Shown here one piece after another: positions 1 through 8,327 of a stretch of 11,278 nucleotides of DNA (position 1 is the first letter of the stretch; every line of letters starts with the position of its first letter). A program made the position numbers and the translations under genes. Location of the stretch: assembly GCA_033442325.1 (NCBI GenBank), contig JAWQFM010000024.1:1193783-1205060 (forward strand). Reading direction: 5' to 3'. The stretch is from Salpingoeca rosetta (taxonomy: Eukaryota > Protista > Choanoflagellata). A model generated the notes under the pieces. The model made no database searches. It had not been told where the DNA came from and saw only the letters and a list, made by a program, of their open reading frames with translations.

Positions 1-52
<52 letters not shown>
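1..52. repeat. (TG)n microsatellite, intronic
   Basis: Perfect TG dinucleotide run. Confidence 0.97.
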
Positions 53-54
<2 letters not shown>

Positions 55-63
55 GTCACGCAC

Positions 64-147
64 GTGAGGCAGTCGAGAGTGGTGTTGCGTTTCAGCATCT
101 CGGCGAGGGCCTTTGCGCCCTCGTCTTTGATGTCATTTCTGTCCAGC
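64..147 (-). CDS. LRR exon 7 (84 nt)
   Basis: catag|G ... AC|gtgcgt; LDRNDIKDEGAKALAEMLKRNTTLDCL. Confidence 0.93.
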
Positions 148-840
148 CTATGTACATAAGAAGAGAAGGGGAGATTGGCAACGACACAGGCATGACGATG
201 AGTGACTAATGATGATGGCAACAAGGAAGCACTGGCCCTGGCAAAGTGCCAACGACTACCAGGGCGCGACTGATGTTCTCTCAATGCGTGTTACTCACTC
301 GAGTTTCCTGACAGCCGGGTGTAGCTTGAGCACCTCTGCCAACGCCAGAGCACCTCCACGTTGGATGGAATTGTTGTCCAGGCTGTAAGTACCGCCAAAC
401 GACGGAACAGAGCGCGATGACAACGCATAGTGAGCGATCAAAGGAGTCGTACACAACAAGGACAGCAAGTAGCTGCTGCATCGTCACACACACACACACA
501 CACACGCACATACATTCTCACAGGCACTCGCGACTACAAGTCCTTGCTCAAACAAGGTTTCAACTGTACGTGTGCGTGCGTGTGTCCACATTCACCTGAG
601 ATGCACGATGGTTGTGTTGTGTTTCAGCATGTCTGCCAGCGCCTCTGCACCCTCGTTCTTGACGGAGTTGCTCGTCAGGCTGTGAACATCAAGGAAAAAG
701 AATTGAGGTGGAGTTTGATCAATCAGAGGGCACATGCCGGTGACAAGGACGCTCGGTGGCAGCAAACTGAGTCGAAGCGGGTGGCACCAAAGTGTTGCAA
801 CTGAGTCGAAGCGGGTGGCTTCAATGTTCGCGGTGCGTGC

Positions 841-893
<53 letters not shown>

Positions 894-1861
894 CGCGCTC
901 ACTGGAGGTGCTTCAGGGTTGAGTTGTGTTTCAGCTTGTCCGCCAGCGCCTTGGCGCCACTCGGGCCGATGGAGTTGAATTTCAAGCTGCCAAAGGGTGT
1001 TGTACAACGCAGTGATAGTATGGTACGAGAATGTGAGCAATGGAAACGACCGGCTGGTCACAGACAACGACCAGTCACCGCACAAGACCTTGGCGCGCAC
1101 GGCTGCTGTTGCCATGTTGAATTGAAAGGCAAATGGTCGAGTGGTGCATGCTGAGGAACACTTGCGGGTGAACCCTTGCGTTTGCACACTCACGAGAGGT
1201 GTTCAAGACATGTATTACGCTCCAGGGCCTCCGCTAACGCCATGGCTCCCTCATCGCTGACGGCATTCCTGTCCAGTCTGAGCACACGGGAGCGCAGGAA
1301 GAAGATGTGAGCACCTCGAATGCGCAAGAAGAAGGACGCACATGGCGACAGCAACCACAGCATGTGATGCCAGGCCAAGCAATCATGCGTGGCACACGAG
1401 ATGCTTTGACATCACAACGTACTGGAGTGTTTGGAGGCAGGTGTTGTTCTTGAGCGCCTGAGCCACCGCACGCGCCCCGCTGTCGCCCAGGTTGACGTTG
1501 CCCAAGCTGCAAAGTGTGTGTCATGAGCAAGACAATGAGAGATGGCAAACGTGCTCACATGAGGGTGCAAAACCACGCCGCCAACAAGTTCCATTTGTTG
1601 GGGGGGGGGGTTGACGGATGAGCGCGTAGCATCGTGAAGTCCACACCAAGCAAGGCATACCAAGGGCACAAGGAAAGAACAAATGAGGCAGACAGGTGAA
1701 CAAGTCACAGCGTCGCTTGCATTCCAGTCATTGTTGTTGGCTTGCGCTCACCTCACTGTGCTGTTGCAGGTGTTGTTGGCAATGGTTGTGATGTTGTCCT
1801 TCACTTCATCCCCCTTCTTACTCAGCTCTGTCCGCGCAAGCAACGCCTCCAACTCCTCCAT
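64..1861 (-). CDS. RI-like (NLR-type, 28-aa) leucine-rich-repeat protein, 5' part; 7 exons, continues beyond the left edge
   Basis: Hand-spliced with canonical GT..AG introns. Exons: 1861-1752 (ATG, 110 nt), 1506-1423, 1277-1194, 986-903, 679-596, 382-299, 147-64 (each 84 nt). They join in one open frame: MEELEALLARTELSKKGDEVKDNITTIANNTCNSTVS-LGNVNLGDSGARAVAQALKNNTCLQTLQ-LDRNAVSDEGAMALAEALERNTCLEHLS-LKFNSIGPSGAKALADKLKHNSTLKHLH-LTSNSVKNEGAEALADMLKHNTTIVHLS-LDNNSIQRGGALALAEVLKLHPAVRKLE-LDRNDIKDEGAKALAEMLKRNTTLDCLT. This matches the LxxLxLxxNxIxxxGAxALAxxL consensus. Confidence 0.93.
299..382 (-). CDS. LRR exon 6 (84 nt)
   Basis: cttacag|C ... GA|gtgagt; LDNNSIQRGGALALAEVLKLHPAVRKL. Confidence 0.92.
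485..510. repeat. (CA)n microsatellite, intronic
   Basis: CA run with one interruption. Confidence 0.9.
596..679 (-). CDS. LRR exon 5 (84 nt)
   Basis: ttcacag|C ... AG|gtgaat; LTSNSVKNEGAEALADMLKHNTTIVHL. Confidence 0.93.
765..819. repeat. 21-bp perfect direct repeat x2 (aactgagtcgaagcgggtggc), intronic
   Basis: Copies at 765-785 and 799-819, period 34 bp. Confidence 0.9.
844..892. repeat. (TG)n microsatellite, intronic
   Basis: Perfect TG run. Confidence 0.96.
903..986 (-). CDS. LRR exon 4 (84 nt)
   Basis: ttggcag|C ... CA|gtgagc; LKFNSIGPSGAKALADKLKHNSTLKHL. Confidence 0.93.
1194..1277 (-). CDS. LRR exon 3 (84 nt)
   Basis: ctcag|A ... TC|gtgagt; LDRNAVSDEGAMALAEALERNTCLEHL. Confidence 0.93.
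1423..1506 (-). CDS. LRR exon 2 (84 nt)
   Basis: tttgcag|C ... CA|gtacgt; LGNVNLGDSGARAVAQALKNNTCLQTL. Confidence 0.92.
1752..1861 (-). CDS. LRR gene exon 1 (start codon and N-cap)
   Basis: ATG at 1861-1859 in gcgATGg context. Ends AG|gtgagc (phase 2), in frame with the next exon. Confidence 0.8.
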
Positions 1862-1871
1862 CGCCGTGTAG

Positions 1872-1933
<62 letters not shown>

Positions 1934-1934
1934 G

Positions 1935-2031
<97 letters not shown>
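1872..2031. repeat. ~160-bp (GT)n microsatellite immediately upstream of the LRR gene ATG
   Basis: GT run with three GC interruptions, ending about 10 nt before the ATG on the minus strand. Confidence 0.97.
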
Positions 2032-2033
<2 letters not shown>

Positions 2034-2449
2034 ACCTGCCTTCTTGCCTGTATCTGCTGTCCTTCCACAAACGAAAGTGCATCAAACTCCACCACTTTCT
2101 ACACCAGCTTCTGTGTGTCTTTGTTGGTGCAGTGGGTGTTGCTGCTTTGCTGAGGGGTGTGCTTTGCCGGCCGAAACTGCCCCTCAACATCTGCATCGCT
2201 GGCAGACAGAAACAAGAAAGGCCAAACCCCGTGTGCTCTACACATGTGTGTGTTCTTCCAAAGTGTGGGTGTGTGTGTGGCGCTCTTTTAAAGAAGTTGT
2301 TTCCAACAACAGATGTTCCCCTCCCCCCCCAAACAAAAAAAACAAAGTGTTCGTTGTTGTCAAAAAAAAAAAAAACAGCAAATAAAAATGGAAATGTGCT
2401 TCTCTCTTATATTACTTTTTCAAACACTCAAAAAAAAAACCTCTAATTG

Positions 2450-3338
2450 NNNNNNNNNNNNNNNNNNNNNNNNNNNNNNNNNNNNNNNNNNNNNNNNNNN
2501 NNNNNNNNNNNNNNNNNNNNNNNNNNNNNNNNNNNNNNNNNNNNNNNNNNNNNNNNNNNNNNNNNNNNNNNNNNNNNNNNNNNNNNNNNNNNNNNNNNNN
2601 NNNNNNNNNNNNNNNNNNNNNNNNNNNNNNNNNNNNNNNNNNNNNNNNNNNNNNNNNNNNNNNNNNNNNNNNNNNNNNNNNNNNNNNNNNNNNNNNNNNN
2701 NNNNNNNNNNNNNNNNNNNNNNNNNNNNNNNNNNNNNNNNNNNNNNNNNNNNNNNNNNNNNNNNNNNNNNNNNNNNNNNNNNNNNNNNNNNNNNNNNNNN
2801 NNNNNNNNNNNNNNNNNNNNNNNNNNNNNNNNNNNNNNNNNNNNNNNNNNNNNNNNNNNNNNNNNNNNNNNNNNNNNNNNNNNNNNNNNNNNNNNNNNNN
2901 NNNNNNNNNNNNNNNNNNNNNNNNNNNNNNNNNNNNNNNNNNNNNNNNNNNNNNNNNNNNNNNNNNNNNNNNNNNNNNNNNNNNNNNNNNNNNNNNNNNN
3001 NNNNNNNNNNNNNNNNNNNNNNNNNNNNNNNNNNNNNNNNNNNNNNNNNNNNNNNNNNNNNNNNNNNNNNNNNNNNNNNNNNNNNNNNNNNNNNNNNNNN
3101 NNNNNNNNNNNNNNNNNNNNNNNNNNNNNNNNNNNNNNNNNNNNNNNNNNNNNNNNNNNNNNNNNNNNNNNNNNNNNNNNNNNNNNNNNNNNNNNNNNNN
3201 NNNNNNNNNNNNNNNNNNNNNNNNNNNNNNNNNNNNNNNNNNNNNNNNNNNNNNNNNNNNNNNNNNNNNNNNNNNNNNNNNNNNNNNNNNNNNNNNNNNN
3301 NNNNNNNNNNNNNNNNNNNNNNNNNNNNNNNNNNNNNN
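2450..3338. other. Assembly gap (889 N)
   Basis: Run of N. The flanks (about 2200-2449 and 3339-3510) look like low-quality read ends. Confidence 0.99.
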
Positions 3339-3509
3339 ATTACCCGCTATTTCGGGTTTACGACGCTTAACATCCCCGCCCCACCACACCCCACACCATC
3401 GATACGAGTTGAGGCTTGTTTTATTTGCATCAAATGCAAGAGAAGGCGACGGAGGTGTCAGTGTGGGTGGCTGACGTACCCGACTTCTACGGGTTTTTTC
3501 TTTGTGGAA

Positions 3510-4043
3510 ATTTTGCACCTCTTCGCCACCTTCCCCGCAGACGCAAGGACCAAGAGTGGAGAGCCCTTCTGGTCAGGTGAGGACTCGTGTGTGTGTGTGT
3601 GTGTGTCAGTGTGTGTGTGTGTGTGTGTGTGCGTGTGCGTGTGTGTGTGTGTGTGGGGTTGGTTCGCTCTGGCAGCACCACCCACACCGCAACTGATCGC
3701 GTGTTTGCCTCGTTCCATTGTTCCTCACCTTTCGTGTGTTGTGCCCATATAGGCCACAAGATCTTCCCCGAGGCGCTCGAGTTTGATCCGCAGAATCCGT
3801 TGCACAAGGAGTTTCTGATTGCCGTCACCAACCTCTACGCATGCGTCTTCAAGGTGGGCTGGCTGTGGGGTGCCTTGTTTGCTTGGGGGTTAGATGGTGG
3901 TGGGGGGGGGGTTGCTTTGGGGTGAGGTGGTGGTGGCGGTTGTGTGCAGTCGTTTTATGCTAACATCACTGCCTCATCTGCGACGATGTTCAGGTGCACC
4001 CGACCAAGTACCCGAGCGAGGAGAACAAGCTCCACATCAAGCG
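3510..4043 (+). CDS. Ubiquitin-activating enzyme E1 (UBA1/UBA6-like) fragment, second catalytic cysteine half-domain; 3 exons, apparently 3'-truncated
   Basis: Exons ~3510-3576 (G|gtgagg; acceptor not recognisable), 3753-3853 (atag|..AAG|gtgggc) and 3994-4043 (cag|..CG|gtgagc) splice in frame. Peptide: ILHLFATFPADARTKSGEPFWSGHKIFPEALEFDPQNPLHKEFLIAVTNLYACVFKVHPTKYPSEENKLHIKR. This matches the E1 motif QLLxxFPxDxxTxxGxPFWSGPKRxPxPLxFDxxNPLHxxYVxAAANLxA. Confidence 0.85.
3587..3654. repeat. (GT)n microsatellite in E1 intron
   Basis: Interrupted GT run. Confidence 0.93.
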
Positions 4044-5340
4044 GTGAGCCGTGATGTGTGTGCGTGCGCGCTACACGTACATCTTTAAGTTGTTGTTCTT
4101 CCCACTGCAACAGTTGATCCTTTCTCTTCTGTTGGTGCTTTGACCTTTCTTTCGTGTTCCGTTCACATTGAGTGCGCTGGCTCAGTTCTTTGGCTCACAC
4201 CATCGAGCACGTTCAATACAGCCACTCATCCATCCAACAACACTTTCCTCTCAACACGAAACACGAATATACATCGCATATCCATCCCAGCGCCAGTCTT
4301 CCCAGGATCTTATGCATATCAAGCAGCCAAGCAGACACGCACTCCTCCTCTCGTCTCTCTGAGGCCTCCTGGCAGCTGTCCTTCTGCTTCTTCTGAGCAG
4401 GGCGGCTACTCCTACGTCAACGCCAGCCCCGATGGCCGCCTGCTGGTGGCTGAGTCGTTTATGTGGGACATGCACAGGCTGACATGCAAGCAGCGCATGC
4501 CCGTCACAGCAACCGACATGGTGTGGACCAAGGACGGCAGGCGCCCTAACCTCATCTGCCCCTCTTATTCCCGCGTGTACATCTGCGGCCTCGGTGTCCG
4601 GGAGGCTGAACGCACAGTCATCTTCGAGGATCCTTTCCTTGGCGCTGAGCTTGCATGCGCAGCCGCGCCCGATGGCACTCCGTGGGTCATCGAGAGGTGG
4701 CAGAAGGTGCCCTAGGAGTGCAAGCTGCACCGCGTGCCAGACCTCAAGTGCATGGCGGTCGTGCCGTGCCGTCCACCTCCGAACACACGCGCTGCATGGC
4801 AGTCACGCCCACCCTGTACATCGCGGGCAACAAGGCGGTGTCATCTCTTTGTGGCAGCTTGGTCAGCCATCGACCTTGCTTGCAGAGTGGAGGGCTGATG
4901 TTGTCGGTAATGGCGAGGAGACGATACAAGACGTGGGCGGAGAAGCAGCGAGAGGGGAAGTAGAGGCGGAACCGGCGAGCAAGGAGCGTAAGCGTACTGG
5001 CGTGGATGCGTTGCGTGTCACCCCTGATGGCCGCTTCCTGGTGACTGCGTCCACCTCCACCGACTTGCGCGTGTGGGATCTCAGCACCCTCACACCCACA
5101 CGATCAGCAACAACACAACATGAAGGGACAGCAGCAGTGGCGCCAACAACGACAATAGCAGCAACAACAACGACACGCCCGTTTGTATTTGTCGTGCGAC
5201 GTTGGCAGAACCCAAAGAGGTCACGGGCGTTCGTGTCCCGCGCATTGCAGCGTTTGCGGACCGCAGCCAAAAGTTTGTCTGCGCGTGCAGAAACACACTG
5301 CACGTCTACGTCATTGAACACCGGAAGCATGACGACCACC

Positions 5341-5387
5341 AGCAGGATCACCAGCAACAACAGCAGCGGCAGCAGCAACAGCAGCAG
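5341..5387 (+). repeat. CAG/CAA-rich polyQ tract within the WD40 region
   Basis: QQDHQQQQQRQQQQQ in ORF 5202-6008. Confidence 0.85.
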
Positions 5388-6970
5388 CACGTAAACGGCA
5401 GCAGTAGTGGTGTGAGCAGTGCGCTGACGCGTGTGGCGGTGTTGGATGGCTTGTTTGTGGACGAGGTAGAGCCAAACGCCAACATGACCGTCACTACCAT
5501 GGCCACGCACCCAACTGATGACAGCCTGCTGGCGATTGGCACTGCGCGAGGTGACGTGTTTGTGTGTGACGTCGCCAACCGCAAGGTCCTCAGCAAGCTC
5601 AAGGTGAGCAGAAACGTTCCGGTCAAGTACAGCGTCTTTGCCCGTCACAGCAGCGTGCTGTTCGTCAACTCTGTTGAGAGCGTGATCAAGTGCGACTACA
5701 GCACCGGACAGCACAGTACCATACTGCATCGCAATGACAGAGCAGATGACATGGTCATGTGCGACCACCAGCACCTGCTCACTGTTTCAAGCAGCGTTTC
5801 GCGAGGCAGGGTTGCCCTGTGGGCGCTGGGACCGACCCTGAATCGCGCCATGATCCCCACAGAGCAGTTTGACCTGTGCCATTTCCGCCCAACAACAGAC
5901 CCCAGATGCCGCCCCTACGCCATTGTGCCCATTGTTGTTCCACCAGCAACACCTCCCGCAGATGCGCACAAACTCGATGACTACATATCACTGCATTGCC
6001 GTACCTGACATCAACTGCCAAGCATCTTGACATGGCAAAGAAGATGATGGAAGGTGTGGTGTGTGTGGACTTTGTTGAGCAGCCATCCATGCTCAACACC
6101 GCCATCATGCGATCCAAGGACGTCAACGTCGTCCAGACCATCACAGCTTTCTTTGTCGCAACAGCACGCAGCACAGAGACCAGAGGCGACGCCGGACGCA
6201 TGCTGAGCAAGCCATTCCTCAACATTCCCAGGCTCGGCCCTGCCTTCACGGCCGACGTGACCTTGCTCACCAAGCACTTTCCCTCCATCGCCTCTGCTTT
6301 CCTCGACAGCCTCGGCCTCGTGCGGACGCGTGTGGGCGCTCCGGCAGAGATCCAGTTGCCGTCATCACGCATGATCGTCATGGGCGCGAACACCCTCAAC
6401 ATCAACCGCAACCTATGGGCCGACATGCGTGAGTCTGGTGAGCTGGCCAAGCTTGAAGACGCCAACTCAGCGGCTTCCCTGGTGGAGGCGCGGGTGGTGC
6501 CGTTGCCGCGTGCTGCTGGGTTTCTGAATGACGGTTCCAGCCTGCTTGAGACGCTGGTGGACACGGGCGATGCTGAGCTGTTTGGCAGCTTCATTGTTCG
6601 CGCCGTCATTCAGTACAAGTGGCAGACGAGCGGGCTGCGCCAGTTCCTGTGGGAGGCAGCGTGGTACATGCTCTCTGTCGCCCTCATCACCGCCCTCACC
6701 TTTGTTTTCAACACCAGCGGCAAGAACGTGGCCCAGCTGCTGGGTGCAGCCGACAACAGCAGCAACAGCAACAACGGCAGCGATGTCGTGTCCGTGATGA
6801 TCATGCTAGTGCTGGGCGTGCTGGCTGGCGTGGACATGGTGCAGGAGGTGCGGCAGTCACGGTTGGTGCACGGCTACTGGACGTGGCGTTCGTGGTGCTG
6901 AACACGTACTCTTTCCCAGTGCACACTTTTCCCAAGCCCATGCATGATGTGCCCTTTCCTGACCGTTGCG

Positions 6971-7771
6971 GTGTACTACCTGCAGCCGTTCCAGTCGACT
7001 GGCCCGCTGGTGCGCATGATCCTGGCCATCTGCTTCGACATGCGCTACTTCCTGTTGGTGCTTGGTATCAGCATCGTGGCCGGGTGGACGTCGTTCCGGC
7101 TGTTGCTGCTCAACGACAACACACTGCCGGTGGAAGGGCTGGGCGACCCAGCCAATGGGCTGCTGCTCATGTTCAACCTGCTGTTGCTGGCGGACTTTGA
7201 CCTGGACACCTTTGACGGCGACTACGTGGTGCTGCTGCGCATCCTGTTTGTCATCTCCATGGTGCTGGTCCCCGTCGTGCTGCTGAACCTGTTGATTGCG
7301 CTCATGTCAGACTCGTACGAGCGCATCCAGGACCGCGCAGACATCGAGTTCCAGCTGCTGCGCGCACGCATCTTGCGGGAGCAGGACGCGTGGCTGACGC
7401 TGGAGGGGAAGATGGATGCGCGACGCTTCCCCATGTGGCTGCACGTGCTCGTGCCCAAGGGCAGCGGCGTCGGCCGTGACGGTGGCAGCGTGCAGTGGCA
7501 GGGTGTGCTGCACGCCCTCAAGAAGGAGGTGGCAGACAAGGTGGAGGGTGTAGAAAGGAAGATGGGGGGTGTGGAAGGGAAAGTGGAGGGTATGGAGACT
7601 GGGTTCAGCAAGAGGCTTGACGCAAAAGTTGGAGGTGTAGACGAACGAGTCAAGTCTCTAGAAGAGAAGGTTGATCGCACGCTCGAGTTGCTGCAACAGC
7701 TGTTGGCTTGCGGCAGGGGTGATGGTGGTGGCGGTCAAGAAGAGCCGGTGCAGGGAATGGGGTTTACTTGA
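6971..7771 (+). CDS. Uninterrupted C-terminal part of the TRP-like channel (S4-S5 linker, S5, pore, S6, TRP helix, coiled coil)
   Basis: ORF 6944-7771 carries GPLVRMI, LLNLLIALMSDSYERI and heptad repeats. Stop TGA at 7769-7771. Confidence 0.85.
   Translation: MYYLQPFQSTGPLVRMILAICFDMRYFLLVLGISIVAGWTSFRLLLLNDNTLPVEGLGDPANGLLLMFNLLLLADFDLDTFDGDYVVLLRILFVISMVLVPVVLLNLLIALMSDSYERIQDRADIEFQLLRARILREQDAWLTLEGKMDARRFPMWLHVLVPKGSGVGRDGGSVQWQGVLHALKKEVADKVEGVERKMGGVEGKVEGMETGFSKRLDAKVGGVDERVKSLEEKVDRTLELLQQLLACGRGDGGGGQEEPVQGMGFT
7538..7645 (+). repeat. Degenerate 21-bp (heptad) coding tandem repeat, K[VM][EG]G[VM][ED]x
   Basis: aaggtggagggtgtagaaagg / aagatggggggtgtggaaggg / aaagtggagggtatggagact, plus a fourth unit at 7625-7645. 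Confidence 0.8.
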
Positions 7772-8327
7772 GTGGTTGATGTGAACGGGAAGTTGGTCGT
7801 GCGTGAGGTTGAGGGGACGGTTGCTGCTTGTGGCTTCTCTGGCTTCGATAGGGGAGCTGGCGTTGCGCTTCTGCTTCGTGTGTCGTTTTGATGTCGCTCT
7901 CCATTCCTTTGATTCGTGTTGCGCATCCACTTGTCGCACTGTCCACCCTCTTGAGTAAATGCGTGAGTTGAACTTGTCAAGGTTCACAGCGCAAAGTGAT
8001 GCTGGGGTCGCTGTTACTTGCTGCTAATGTATTTGCCATGTCTGTTGCCTGAGTGCAGTGAGTAGTAGTGCCTGAGTGTTGTGAGCCGCATTGGTTTTGT
8101 GCTTGTGTATTCGGCAAATGAAGGGAAGCAGCATCGGTGGCACGAAGAAGAGGGGTGTTGTGAAGTGGCGCAGGGTTTGGGTGAAGGAGTAAGAGTCTCA
8201 AAGAACGATGCTACGAACAGAAGAGCAAAGTGCCAATGTGAAAGGCCCTGAAACACAAAGGGCAACGGTGTCACCACACAACAAAGGAGGGGGGAACGGT
8301 GTAAGGAAAGGAAAAGACGGGCAGGTC

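Larger units (their letters stand above)
4401..7771 (+). pseudogene. WD40-repeat + TRP-like 6TM cation channel gene, disrupted (nonsense codon, frameshifts, S3-S4 loss)
   Basis: WD40-like blades: ASPDGRLLV..MWDM, VDALRVTPDGRFLVTASTSTDLRVWDL, VTTMATHPTDDSLLAIGTARGDVFVCDV. Pre-S1: LFGSFIVRAVIQYKW. S1 and S2 hydrophobic segments follow. S4-S5 linker: YYLQPFQSTGPLVRMI..DMRYFLLV. Then pore loop, S6 VLLNLLIALMSDSYERI, TRP-like helix EFQLLRARIL and a C-terminal coiled coil. The coding signal is split over ORFs in all three frames. The start is uncertain; a possible acceptor is gagcag|4401. Confidence 0.78.

Noticed and set aside
765-819. Repeat-spacer-repeat resembling a mini CRISPR
   Set aside because: Only two copies, a 13-bp spacer, a eukaryotic intron context and no cas genes.
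1742-2446. ORFs with long CVCVCV / THTHTH runs (also 6-209, 723-1193, 3458-3925, 9515-9892)
   Set aside because: Translations of (GT)n/(CA)n microsatellites, which contain no stops; no protein signal.
2200-2449. A-rich tracts resembling a poly(A) tail or retroelement end
   Set aside because: Adjacent to the gap and looks like a degraded read end; no element features.
3339-3509. Possible further E1 exon (TIDT..VEACF..HQM) and non-canonical acceptor tttgtgg
   Set aside because: Frame is inconsistent and the region borders the gap; likely low-quality sequence, so a non-canonical splice site cannot be claimed.
2313-3752. Long ORFs of 307-479 aa spanning the N run
   Set aside because: Artefacts of translating the assembly gap.
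4761-6000. Programmed -1 ribosomal frameshifting in the channel gene
   Set aside because: No slippery heptamers at the inferred shift sites, and five serial shifts plus a stop would give negligible full-length product.
6899-6943. TGA in frame with downstream ORF 6944-7771, suggesting readthrough or selenocysteine
   Set aside because: The readthrough peptide (WTWRSWC*TRTLSQCTLFPSPCMMCPF) is not channel-like. The S3-like LDVAFVVL is in another frame and S4 is absent, so deletion explains it better.
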